A stretch of DNA of 63,768 bases, the filler included, from Octopus bimaculoides (taxonomy: Eukaryota), in the NCBI RefSeq assembly GCF_001194135.2. It is 8 parts of 6 records of this genome, joined end to end, with 100 filler letters (N's around TTAATTAATTAA, not from the genome) between each part and the next. Parts side by side here need not be neighbours in the genome. Positions count along the whole stretch, not along the records: positions 1 to 17,120 come from NC_068999.1; 7 more parts are not named here. One strand, written 5' to 3'. This document shows, in pieces, positions 1 through 11,881 of this stretch; within the stretch, counting starts at the first letter, position 1, and each line of letters begins with the position of its first letter. Under the pieces are notes generated by a model that saw only the letters and a program-made list of their open reading frames with translations, did not search any database and was not told the origin of the DNA. A program made the position numbers and the translations under genes.

Positions 1-365
1 AACACTGTCTGTAGCTGGTCTTCTCTTGGAAGAGCCCTGCTTCTCACATGGACAACTGTATGTTGGCTGCTCAAGAGTGGGCAGCAACACAAAACCTATT
101 TGTATATGCTCCACAAGGGAAAACAAGGAACATAGTTTACAATGAGGTGTTATAATCACAACAGCAAGAAAGTATGTACATGATCACCTTCTTTTACGAA
201 ACTTCATTGACGTTCATATATTTATATTGATATACATATATATACGTGTGTTTGGGTGCGTGTGTGTATATACATCTCTATATATAAAGATGATGCGTAG
301 TCTAGACGGCGTTTTTAGATTTCATTATTCTCTTTAACCCGGGCAACGCCGGGTATTTCTGCTAG
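1..365 (+). mobile_element. Helitron 3' end: C-terminus of PIF1-like Rep/Hel helicase plus 3' terminus
   Basis: Frame 2 from base 2 reads TLSVAGLLLEEPCFSHGQLYVGCSRVG; after a frameshift, NLFVYAPQGKTRNIVYNEVL* (~155). This matches the Helitron helicase tail (FSHGQLYVxxSRV...TxNIVYxEVL). Terminal hairpin and CTAG follow at 337-365. Confidence 0.9.
337..365 (+). other. Helitron 3' terminal hairpin and CTAG end
   Basis: ACCCGG-GCAACG-CCGGGT stem-loop (337-354), 7 nt spacer, CTAG at 362-365, then T: canonical Helitron 3' signature. Confidence 0.85.
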
Positions 366-817
366 TATGTTATAGATATATTTACGTATATGTATACATA
401 TACACATATACACATGCATACATATACCTTCACGGCTATAGATTTCTTTGCGTTGATGATGTAACATATCCCTGCTCCTGTTGATCTACATCACAATATT
501 TACTTATTGAGTTACTTGATGCGACAATTAGAATCATATCTCCAAGAAGATTATGACCTCATGTAGCTAAAAACAGCACTACACATCCTTACATGCAATA
601 TCATTTTATATGTAGTGAACAACATGGCCGTATGTTGTTATGACGTCAGTTACTAGTGTACAGCTGTATGTCTAGATTTCCGAATGTTGATCCTGGCGTG
701 TACACATTACATGGCGAAATGAATCTAGTCAGTGTCTAACAGTTGTTTAGCTGTACGGTCTTGTTTAACATACTTTGTCAGAGCCTTTCCCTAAACTAAA
801 CTGAAGTCTGTGTTTCA

Positions 818-902
818 AATGATCCACTTTGCACAATGATCCGCCTAGCGTAATGATCCACTTAGCGCAATGATCCGCTCAGCGCAATGATCCGCTTTAC
901 GC
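818..902. repeat. 17-bp minisatellite, 5 copies (AATGATCCRCTYAGCGC-like)
   Basis: Units aatgatccactttgcac / aatgatccgcctagcgt / aatgatccacttagcgc / aatgatccgctcagcgc / aatgatccgctttacgc read directly. Confidence 0.9.
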
Positions 903-1004
903 GACGCTGACGTCGTGGAAACAAATTGGGTTAAGTGGTTATTATTGTCGTTGTTGTTGTTGTTCTTCTTGTTTTGCAACCGGGATGCTTTGCGTTCAGT
1001 CCTG

Positions 1005-1290
1005 CAGCGTGGAACCTTGGGCAAATGTCTTCTACTATAGCCTCGGGTTAACCAATGTCTTGTGAGTGGATTTCGTAGGCAGAAACCCCTTAATAATCGG
1101 TGTTGTTTTACTTTTTTTTTTGTTTGTTTTGCGTCTCCGTAACGTACTGATTCGTGAGAAGAGACCGATTTAATCACCACCAGAAATAAAAAATAAGTAT
1201 CGCAGTCGATTTGTTCGACTTAACTCTTCAAGGCGGTGCCCCAGCATGGCCGTAGTCCAATGAATGAAATACGTAAAAAGATTAAGAAAA
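1005..1290 (+). mobile_element. Degraded SINE family A fragments (central domain and tail)
   Basis: ccttgggcaaatgtcttctactatagcctcggg...gtgagtggattt and aaggcggtgccccagcatggccgtagtc match the fuller copies at 3289-3828 and 62931-63310. Confidence 0.75.
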
Positions 1291-2217
1291 TAAACGATAA
1301 AACCAATTACATCTCGGGTTAATATGACCTTTGTTGTAATTATGTTCATTGTTGTTGTTGTTGTTGTCGCCCACGTCTTTGTCGCCTTCATCGTCATTCT
1401 TGGTATTGTTATTGTTTTTTTTTTTAGCCCTAACATATCTTGTGCAATTTATCATTAGACAGAAATGTGTGATTTGAGGGAAATTAGGCTGTTTCTTCTG
1501 AGAGGTCAAGTTAACAACGCAAAGGCCTATTCATAGAGTAATGATATCACAAAGAATAACAATGAAGTGCTCTTCTGTTGACATGTACTAATCTTAGGGC
1601 TGGAAGACTTCAGATAAAAATTATGAATCAGTTATAAGGAACTCGATATTACTATAAAAAAATGTTTTATGAATGAAAAGACGTATCTTTGTTGGTGTTT
1701 AACAAAGACAAAAACAGAAGCTAGTCTAATGACACTAGTGATGGCCGGTATTAGAGGTGGAGGAGAAGGGGTGACAGAAACGAGACAAGAGACGATCTCT
1801 ATAGGGAGTAGAAGAAGATATAGGACAGATACAAGTGAATATTTCGTATGGGGGAGTAGGGGAGGAGAAGAGTAATAAGAAGTGCATAGAAATTAGTTAA
1901 TGAAATGAAGTGAATTAGTGTTGGATAAGGAGGGAGAGGTGCGATTCTGCCGTTTCAGGTGTTTAGCCTCGACTCGGTCACCTTTCATGAGTTGATTCCT
2001 GGCTGACGGACAAGGACACTTGATAAACAGAGAGTGACAGAGAGGAGAGGCGACGTGGCGTGGCGTGGACAGAGGCAGGATCAGATGAATGGGGGTGGGG
2101 AATAGAATTGTGAAGATTGAAGTAAAGGGCAGGTGGAGAATGTGAAAGAGGAGGACTAGTGGAAATAAAATAATAGTGAGTGATAAGAAAAGAACAGAGA
2201 CCGAGATGTATATATAT

Positions 2218-2264
<47 letters not shown>

Positions 2265-2491
2265 NNNNNNNNNNNNNNNNNNNNNNNNNNNNNNNNNNNN
2301 NNNNNNNNNNNNNNNNNNNNNNNNNNNNNNNNNNNNNNNNNNNNNNNNNNNNNNNNNNNNNNNNNNNNNNNNNNNNNNNNNNNNNNNNNNNNNNNNNNNN
2401 NNNNNNNNNNNTGTGTATAATGAGCTATCATAAACACAAATATATATATATGTATTTATACACACATATATATAATGTGTGTATGTGTATA

Positions 2492-2550
<59 letters not shown>

Positions 2551-2810
2551 ATCTGTGTAATTAAGTAACTGATAAACTAATGAAGCGGAATAAACGAACC
2601 AACAAAACAACGAAAGAGAAAACGAAATGAAAAAAAAGGAAAAACCGGCTGTGGAAATGATACGAAAACGAGGAGTCAAGGTTAGGTGAAAGAACAGAAA
2701 ATTGGGGGTTGAAAATTAATAATTGTAATTCTTTATTGTATTGGCCACAAGGGCCGAAGACATTGGTGACTACGTCAAAAGATGAAGTAATAATAATAAT
2801 AATAATAATG

Positions 2811-2865
<55 letters not shown>

Positions 2866-2897
2866 TAATAATAATATAATACTACTAATAATAATCC

Positions 2898-3268
2898 TTT
2901 CTACTAAAGACACACAACCTTAAATTTTGGGAGGAGGGGACTAGTCGATTACATCGACTCCAGTGTTTCACTGGTACTTAATTTATCGACCCCAAAAAGA
3001 TTGAAGGCAATTTGAACACAGAACATGCAGACGAAAGAATTATTACTTAGCGTTTGGCACGGCGTGCTAACGATTCGGCTTGCTCACCACCTTGATGATG
3101 ATGATGATTTCAAATTTTGGCACACGGCCAGAAAGTTCATGGGTGAGGTTAAGTTGATTACGTCTGCCCCCCGTGTTCAACTGGTACTTCCTTTATCGAC
3201 CTCGAAGGAATGAAAGTCGACTTCGCAGGATTTTCATTCAGACTGTAAAAGCGAACGAAATGCCGCTT
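2898..3268 (-). mobile_element. Two adjacent SINE family B copies (~2898-3093, ~3110-3268)
   Basis: Share ctagtcgattacatcgac...ctggtacttaatttatcgaccc...gtcgac...gaa with copies at 13780-13975, 19605-19795 and 54325-54480. The first copy's tail is the (AAT)n tract at ~2787-2895. Confidence 0.8.
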
Positions 3269-3288
3269 TGGCTGGGGAAATACGAAGA

Positions 3289-3828
3289 TTACTCTTTACT
3301 GGTTTCAGTCATTTGACTGTGGCCATGCTGGAGCACCGCCTTTAGTCGAGCAAATCGACCCCAGCACTTATTCTTTGTGAACCTAGTACTTATTCTATCG
3401 GTCTCTTTTGCCGAACCGCTAAGTTACAGGGACGTAAACACACCAGAATCAGTTGTCAAGTGATGTTGGGGGGACAAACACACACACACACACACACANN
3501 NNNNNNNNNNNNNNNNNNNNNNNNNNNNNNNNNNNNNNNNNNNNNNNNNNNNNNNNNNNNNNNNNNNNNNNNNNNNNNNNNNNNNNNNNNNNNNNNNNNN
3601 NNNNNNNNNNNNNNNNNNNNNNNNNNNNNNNNNATATATATATATATATATACATATATACGACGGGCTTCTTTCAGTTTGTTTCTGTCTACGAAATCCA
3701 CTCACAAGGCTTTGGTTGGCCCGAGGCTATAGTAGAAGACACTTGCCCAAGGTGCTACGCAGTGGGACTGAACCCGGAACCATGTGGTTGGTAAGCAAGC
3801 TATTTACCACATAGCCACTCCTACGCCT
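3289..3828 (-). mobile_element. Near full-length tRNA-derived SINE family A
   Basis: On - strand: A box TGGCTATGTGG, B box GGTTCAGTCCC, CORE-like ccttgggcaagtgtctt, internal CA/TA microsatellite (gapped), tail cagcatggccacagtcaaatgactgaaacc. Confidence 0.9.
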
Positions 3829-3887
3829 GTGGAGGATTTTTGCAGAAATAATCCCAGACTTGGCATCTTCCCAGTTTCCTTACTGGG

Positions 3888-3977
3888 ATTGGTGTAACTA
3901 CAAGAGTTGCATGAATTCTGAAATCTGCTCTATTGGGAACAGCATGGATTGTAAGAATGGTCGTCGATGTGAAATAA
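3888..3977 (+). mobile_element. Extreme 3' coding end of an R4/Dong-type RLE non-LTR retrotransposon
   Basis: Translates IGVTTRVA*ILKSALLGTAWIVRMVVDVK*, aligning by eye with IGAAIKVDHLQKTALLGTARILRKVLEK* at ~26260-26340. Confidence 0.55.
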
Positions 3978-4779
3978 TAAGACAAGCAAATGCCTTTCTT
4001 TACTATTGACGTGCGGAGAAAATGAGAAAAGACCCAGAGCCAGGCTTCATAATGTTTTTATTTATTTTAATTTTCCGATTTACATTAAGATGCACATAAA
4101 CAGATATTATTTAATTTATAATGATCTATCCTAAACGCAAATATGGTGATTAGGCTACCCACCATGATGCTTGTCTAATTTATGATTGTTTTATACGCAG
4201 CTCCTCAATGCTCATTTATAGAGGAACAGTGTACGTCATCTCTGATGTGTGATCAACAAACTCTGAAACGGTCCCTCAGGAGACTCTCGCTACCTTTCCG
4301 TACATCAGTGATATAAATACAATGTGTATACATTCTTAATTAATTCACAATGAGGCTTTGTAATATTTATATATAATATATACACTAATGTGTGTGTTGT
4401 TTGTGTGTGTGTGTATGTGCGTGTGTGCGCGCGTGTGTGTGTCTGTGTGTCTGTGTGTCTATCTGTCTGTCTGTGTATGTGTATGTGTATTTTTATTTGT
4501 GTATGCACTCCGAAATAAAACAAAAACACATTGTTTATAAAGAAATATTCACTCTTAATACAACATGAATACTTCAATAACTTAATTTGCCTTTACTATC
4601 ATTACATTCAAGAATAAATAAATTAACTGTTTAAATAAAATGTATTACATAATTTCCAATGCTGTATCGATAAATGAAATAACATATACAACTCACTTAT
4701 TATCATATAATAAACAAACAGAAGTTCATATATGAAATTGATCTTTTTTCTACTTCGGTTATTATATGAGATCGGGGCT

Positions 4780-5635
4780 TTCAAAAAATCAATCAGCTGA
4801 ACTGTTTGCAGAGCAGCTTTTGAAATTCGGTGAAGGGTGAGTTCCAATTGATGAAGAACAGTTTCTTATTCTCAATCCAATATGTTATTCAAATGATTCC
4901 GTCGATGATTTGGTGGATGAAATCTTTCCTAAACTTCTTCATAATTACAACAATACTGATGGGATCTGTCAGCGAGCTATCCTGGCTCCAAAATGTGTTG
5001 CTGTAAATAGCATTAATAACATGCTTTTGAATGAACTTACGGGAGAAGTATTCACTCATAACTCAATTGACAGTGTTGTTGATGATCAGGATAGTGTTAA
5101 CTACTCCATCGAATTCTTGAACTCACTAGAACCACCAGGTACAGCTCCTCATTGTCTTCAGCTGAAAAAAGGGACTCCTATTATGCTATTGGAGGCGCAA
5201 TGGCCCAGTGGTTAGGATAGCAGGCTCGCGGTCGGAGGATCGCGGTTTCAATTCCCAGTCGTGTGTGTTTATTGAGCGAAAACACTTAAAGCTCCACGAG
5301 GATCCGGCAGGGGATGGTGGCGACCCCTGTTGTACTGTTTCGCCCCAACTTTCTCTCACTCTTTCTTCCTGTTTCTTGAGTAATGCTACGATGGACTGGC
5401 GTCCCGTCCAGCTGGGGGGAACACATACGCCATAGAAACCGGGAAACTGGGCCCATGAGCTTGGCTAGGCTTTAAAAGGTCGCATAAATAAAATAAGATT
5501 ATGCTCTTACATAATTTTTCTCAAGTAAATTATGCAATGGTACAAGATTAATTATGCACAAACTTATGATGAACTGCATTGAGGCGAACATTCTCACTGG
5601 TTGTGGTAAAGATGAGACCATTTTCATACCAGTTA
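4780..5635 (+). mobile_element. Helitron PIF1-like helicase fragment (pseudogenised), interrupted by a SINE
   Basis: FAEQLLKFGEG...RAILAPKCVAVNSINN...SIDSVVD...EFLNSLEPPGTAPHCLQLKKGTPIML, resuming after 5505 with LHN...KLCNGTRL...CIEANILTGCGKDETIFIP: conserved Helitron helicase motifs. Confidence 0.9.
5188..5497 (+). mobile_element. tRNA-derived SINE family C with 8-bp TSD (ATTATGCT at 5180-5187 and 5498-5505)
   Basis: Head ggaggcgcaatggcccagtggttagg...ggtttcaattccc (A/B boxes); tail aaataaaataa. An inverted second copy lies at 63324-63628. Removing SINE plus one TSD restores GTPIMLLHN. Confidence 0.9.
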
Positions 5636-5899
5636 AACCATTTCATGTATGAAATGGATCTTTTTCTATTTCAATTATTACATATTTCTCTCTTATAAAA
5701 TAAACACATACAGGAGGAGTAAATTATATATATAATAATACCTTGAATGTGATTCCTGAGAAACAGTAAAATTACTCGATCAACTACTAGTATTACTGCT
5801 AGCGGATATAAATGCACCTGGTTGTGCGTGTGTCTGTGTGCGCGCACGCACGTGCGTTTATACTGGAATGCATCGATAAATTTCAGAATACATATAAAT

Positions 5900-6835
5900 A
5901 TATGAAGAGATGTGGAAAATCCTCGTTCTACGTTTCAATCGCTATCTGAATGAGGGCAATGTACCCTCGAAGTGGAAAGACTTAAATACCATCCTGCTTC
6001 ATGAGAAGGACGATAAAGAATATTTAAAAAGCTATCACCTCATATGATTCTTGCTTCTCTTGTGTAAATTGTTTACAAAGGTCATAATCACTAGACTAAT
6101 CAAAACACCTCGACGAACAACAGCCGAGAGAACAAGCAGGTTTCCAGAAGAACTATATAGTACAATAGATCTCAGATTCACTCTAACACAACTCATTGAA
6201 GGAGCGAACGAATACAAGCTTCTATTGCGTCTTGCTTTTGTTGATTACGGAAAGGTCTTCGATAGCGTCGAGATGAACGCAAAATTGAAATCTCTGGAAA
6301 TGCAAAGTATCGAGGCGAAATATGTTAAACTGCTCAGAGATGAGAACTCTGGATGCACAACAGATTCAACTCACCTATCACCAGCAGCAAGGGCACCAAT
6401 GGAGAAGGGTGTAAAGCAAGGTGATACCATCTCTTCAAAGATCTTTACCGCATGTCTAGAAATGGTCATCACGAACATCAGCTGGACTGGAGGCGTGGAC
6501 ATCAATGGCGAGCAACTAAAACACCTCCGATTGGTAGATGACACTGTGCTTATCACTGAAACCACAGACCAGCTGCAGCCCACGCTGACAGAGTTAAGCA
6601 TCTACAGCTTAGTAGTGAGTCTTAAAATGAACCAAACGGAAACAAATATTTGTGGTCAGAAGACGTAGCACACAGCCGAATGGAGGTGGGGAACGATGAA
6701 ATTGAGGAGGTAAAGGAGTACGTCTACTTAGGGTATACAGTGAATAAGAATCGAGGTACGGATGATGAAACCTCAAAGAGAATAAGGGCAGGATGGAAGG
6801 CATTTCAATTAATAAATGATGTGCTCTAAACAAAG
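5900..6835 (+). mobile_element. RTE-clade LINE reverse transcriptase fragment (degraded)
   Basis: VPSKWK..ILLHEKDDKE; ORF 6051-6668 with LCKLFTKVI, AFVDYGKVFDSVE, GVKQGDTISSKIF, GVDINGEQLKHLRLVDDTVLI (RTE FADD region mutated). Confidence 0.88.
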
Positions 6836-6842
6836 ATAGATA

Positions 6843-6915
6843 AGAGTCTTCTACTATAACCTCGGGCCGACCAAAGCCTTGTGAGTGGATTTGGTAGACA
6901 GAAACTGAAAAAGCT
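6843..6915 (+). mobile_element. SINE family A central fragment
   Basis: gtcttctactataacctcgggccgaccaaagccttgtgagtggatttggtagacagaaactgaaa. Confidence 0.8.
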
Positions 6916-7911
6916 TGTCATATATGTGTGTGTGTGTGTATGTTTGTACATATGTATGTTTATGATTTATACTGCTTTGTCGGTATTTAGTCTAATGTCA
7001 TTTTATTTTTATCAGTTTTTGTTACCTTATCCACATTGTCTTATATACATCGTCTCGTGTATTTGAAGATTATATCACTGGTCGGACCAATTGGTCGGAC
7101 CAAAGATTATATTACTTACCCGGACTAATGCAACCCTTCCATGCCAGACATTCTGATCGAGCAATGGGACATGAATGTCTAGTTTGAGTTTTAGCCACAT
7201 TGGTCTTTTGCAGGTTGATATGCCTCCTCTGCCCACGCCACTACAAAATAGAGAGAAATATTTTGCTAAATGCACGGGCCGTTGACAGTTTGTTGTCTGT
7301 TCATTCGCTCAGCATCGAGTAAAATTCGCCATTGACTCTGATCTATTTGTCGAAATATTTCATATCGACCATTCTGCATGTGATAGCTTCAACGAACCCT
7401 GACTCAAGGTGTTATACGTTATATCACTCGAAGCTGGAGCCCTAACAGGCATTATTATGGGGACAATAATGTCAAAAAGGTATTTCTGAACTCCTCAGAA
7501 TCCTCACATACTAAATCAAATACTGGCATATATACACAAAAGTACACGCACAAAAACACATCCCTAATTATTAGAGCTTCCAAACTCAGCGCTTAGTCAC
7601 ATCAAAATCTTTGATGATTCTCGGATCAGGTTTGTTGTTCACAAGATGAAACATCTTGCAAGTTGTAAGTATAACATATTCTGCTCTCAGAATACACAAA
7701 CACATACACACACGCAAGCAAGCGCGCAGACACACACACACACATACACGCACACTCACACATACACACATATGAAAGGTCTTGTCCAACTGGATTTAAT
7801 CGCCAACGACCGGACTATGTATCAAATGCTACTGGATTACACGTAAAAAAATAGCATGCAAGAGCAACTATACACACATATCTATGAATGCTTTTTATCC
7901 ATGTGCATAAC

Positions 7912-8028
<117 letters not shown>

Positions 8029-8639
8029 ACACACACACAGATTCACTAACGCACACACGCAGTACGATTGTTACTGACAGCACGGAAACAACTGCTAAAG
8101 AGCAGTGAACCATCTTTACGCCAGGTTAGGTGGTAGCTAAACGCTATCCCCTTTCTCCCTAAGTCTCTCACCACGCCTCACCATTACTATTATTACGTTA
8201 TCTCTATTCCCACCTCTCACTCACATTGTCACATTCTCATATTCCTACCCACACATTATTCAGACGTCTACCCTTACACTTGCAAAATCCCCCCCCACCA
8301 TTTATGACCATCACCACCTTTCCTTAATCAGCACTTCATCGCACCATGATCATTCCTCCTGACTGTCTCCATTTTATGATCAATTGGAAGCCTCTACGTG
8401 GTTGCACGACTTTCTGGAAATTAAAAGTGGCATTAACAGTACTCGTATTTGAGACTAGACGTTGTTGTTTAACTCCATGTCAGCAGATCTATGATCTACG
8501 ATTCTCCAATCACGACCATCACGCGGATCTATTTTTTTACGTGTAATCCAGTAGCATTTGATACATAGTCCGGTCGTTCAGCCAAATCTCCCTCAAACGA
8601 CATCATACCGTTTAAAAAGAAAACGCGTTTCCTGTACAT

Positions 8640-8980
8640 AGGCGCAGGAGCGGCTGTGCGGTAAGTAGCTTATTTACCAAGCCTTGTGAGTGGATTTCGT
8701 AGACGGAAACTGAAAGAAGCCCGTCGTACATATGTATATATATATGTGTGTGTTTGTGTATCTGTGTTTGTGACCCCAACATCGCTTGACAACCGATGCT
8801 GGTGTGTTTACGTCCCCGTAACTTAGTGGTTCGGCAAAAGAGACCGATAGAATAAGTACTAGGCTTACAAAGAATAAGTCTCGGGGTCGATTTGCTCGAC
8901 TAAAGGCGGTGCTCTAGCATGACCGCAATCAAATGACTGAAACAAGTAAAAGAGTAAAAGAGTAAAAGAGTAAAAGAGTA
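8640..8980 (+). mobile_element. SINE family A with internal ~77-bp deletion removing the B box
   Basis: Head ggcgcaggagcggctgtgcggtaag joins at accaa (8676-8680) directly to gccttgtgagtgg; tail ends in (GTAAAAGA)x4. Confidence 0.88.
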
Positions 8981-9581
8981 TAGGAAAACTGCGAGATGGT
9001 CGTGATTGGAGGATCGTTGATCATAAATCTGCTGACCTGGGGTTAAAACAACAACGGGGTCTACTCCTCAAATACGAGTACTGTTAACATCACATTTAAT
9101 CCAGCCTCTTTCCGAAACACTACTCCGGCCACCACCTTCATTCCACTACGACTGCCGCCTCTGCCACCACTGCCAGCTAATCACAGTGTCTACACCATCA
9201 TACAAATCAACAGACACAACCCTCAGTCTCTTCTTGTCCTCCAAATTTCCCCTGCTTCTCCATCAACGACTCCGTTTCTTCCCATATTTTTGTTACTTCC
9301 TTCTGTCTATCTTACCTCCTACTCTCTCTGCCTTGCTCTCTCTCTCTCTCTCTCTCTCTCCCTCTCTCCGCCTTCTTCTCTTATCATCCACTCTCCCATC
9401 CCCTCACCTCCTCCTAAACTCTCCTTTATATTCAACCCTACGCTATTTTAATGTGACCCTTCTTTTCTGTGTAATTTACCGAAAAACGAACTCCTTAAGC
9501 ACCCAATTCCTTACTGTTATTCTTTGTTCAAGTTTTTTTTTATATTTATTTTTAAGTGTGTGTGTTCATATAAACACACAT

Positions 9582-9612
<31 letters not shown>

Positions 9613-9949
9613 CACGTGTGCCTATCTATGTATGTATTTTTCATATAAGTATATATGTGTGTGCATGTGCATTATATATATATATATATATATATACATG
9701 CATATATATAAATATATGTATGTATGCATGTATGTATATGTATATATATGTATGTGTATATATATGTATGTATATATATATATATATATCTGTGTGTGTA
9801 CGTGTGTGTGCATANNNNNNNNNNNNNNNNNNNNNNNNNNTATATATATATATATATATATCTGTGTGTGTACGTGTGTGTGCATAAATTCATACGCATA
9901 TATACAATCATGGATATATACATAAACAAATATATATATATTCTTTTAT

Positions 9950-10150
9950 TCTTTTACTCTTTTATTTGTATCAGTCATTTTACTGCGGCCATGCTGGAGC
10001 ACCGCATTCGGTCGAGCAAATCGCCCCCAGTACTTGTCCGTTGTAAGCCTGGTAAATATTCTATCAGTCTCATTTGCCGAACCGATAAGTTACGGGGACG
10101 TAAATACACCAGCATCGATTGTCAAGTGATGTTGGTGGGGACAAACAGAC
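9950..10150 (-). mobile_element. SINE family A 3' half
   Basis: cagtcattttactgcggccatgctggagcaccgc...aagttacggggacgtaaatacaccagcatcgattgtcaagtgatgttgg. Confidence 0.85.
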
Positions 10151-10168
10151 ACACAAGCATATACACAC

Positions 10169-10221
<53 letters not shown>

Positions 10222-10603
10222 NNNNNNNNNNNNNNNNNNNNNNNNNNNNNNNNNNNNNNNNNNNNNNNNNNNNNNNNNNNNNNNNNNNNNNNNNNNNNNN
10301 NNNNNNNNNNNNNNNNNNNNNNNNNNNNNNNNNNNNNNNNNNNNNNNNNNNNNNNNNNNNNNNNNNNNNNNNNNNNNNNNNNNNNNNNNNNNNNNNNNNN
10401 NNNNNNNNNNNNNNNNNNNNNNNNNNNNNNNNNNNNNNNNNNNNNNNNNNNNNNNNNNNNNNNNNNNNNNNNNNNNNNNNNNNNNNNNNNNNNNNNNNNN
10501 NNNNNNNNNNNNNNNNNNNNNNNNNNNNNNNNNNNNNNNNNNNNTATATAAGAAAACAGACTCATAGACTATCACATGCATGTACGTATATGCACAAACA
10601 TAC

Positions 10604-10645
<42 letters not shown>

Positions 10646-10899
10646 GGTCTTGGCATTTGATATAGACGGTGATGACGAAGAATGATGACACCATTGTTGT
10701 TATTGTTAACTTCGCTGCCTGCTTGCTTGATCGGGCAGCGTATTTGATATTAATCTCAATATACACCGAATTGTTTAGTTTTCACGTTTACACATTATCT
10801 TTCATAATTAACTTAGATGTCTCTGCAAGCGCCATCTTTAAGTGGATCGACCGTCCTTCCGTTCCGCCGAACCAGACCGACCAGCGCGCCATCTCTCCG

Positions 10900-11184
10900 T
10901 CTTGTTCCATTTCCTTCCCTACCTCCTTCCCCTCGTCATACTCCTATTTCTTCTTCTTCTGCTCCTCCTTCTTCTTCGACACCCCGTCCTCCTCCTTCAT
11001 TTTCTTCTTTTCCCATCCTCCTCCTTTTCCTCCTCCTCCTCATTTCCTTTTTCTCTTTCTTCTTTCCTCCTCTTTTCCTTCTTTTCTTTTCCTTTTCCTT
11101 CTTCCCTCCTCTCCTTCCCCCCATTTTCTTCTTCTTCTTCTTCTTCTTTGTCTTCGTCGTCATCTTGCTGCTGAAGTAACTACG

Positions 11185-11215
<31 letters not shown>

Positions 11216-11821
11216 TATATTACATTTCTACACCATTTTCCTTTTTTTCCCCTCCACCCCTTTTTTTCACCAATCCTCTCCTCCACCTCCCTAATTTCTC
11301 TTTCTCCCATCAATCGTATAACTTCACATACACCCCCACCTTTTCCGTCATCTTTCCAGTTATTAACAAATTTCTCGTTGTAATCTTCCGTTAATTCAAC
11401 CACTTTAAGCTCTCTCTCTCTCTTTCTCTCTCTCTCTCTTTCTCCCTCTCACTGTCTTTGTCGTTCTTTCTTCTCCTCCTCAGTGCCCCTACTAACGCTT
11501 CAACTCCTCACACTCATTCATACACCACCACAGCAACAACAACAACAGCAATTGCACTCCATCACTTTTTTGTTTTAATCTCTTATATTTTTTGCAACTC
11601 CTTTTATGTTCTTTGACATATTTTCTTTCTTTATTTCATTATCATCATCGTCGTCGTCGTCATCATCATCATCGTTGTTATTATTACTATTATCATTATC
11701 ATTATTATTATTGTTGTTGTTGTTGTTGTTGTTGTTTTTGTAGTTATTATCATCATCATCCGCATCCTCCTCCTCATCGTCACCATCATTATCATTATAA
11801 TTACAATTATTGTTAAAATTA

Positions 11822-11881
<60 letters not shown>

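Noticed and set aside
818-902. CRISPR-like array
   Set aside because: Contiguous 17-bp units without unique spacers, eukaryotic context, no cas genes.
1893-2680. Long ORFs of YIYI/THTH/CVCV/ERER/X runs, here and throughout the track
   Set aside because: Translations of dinucleotide microsatellites and N gaps; no coding signal.
7075-7530. Coding-looking unique segment with a small tandem duplication (gtcggaccaa x2)
   Set aside because: No frame gives a recognisable domain; multiple stops.
9770-9885. Apparent direct repeat tatatctgtgtgtgtacgtgtgtgtgcata on both sides of a short gap
   Set aside because: Unmerged contig overlap across the N run at 9815-9840.
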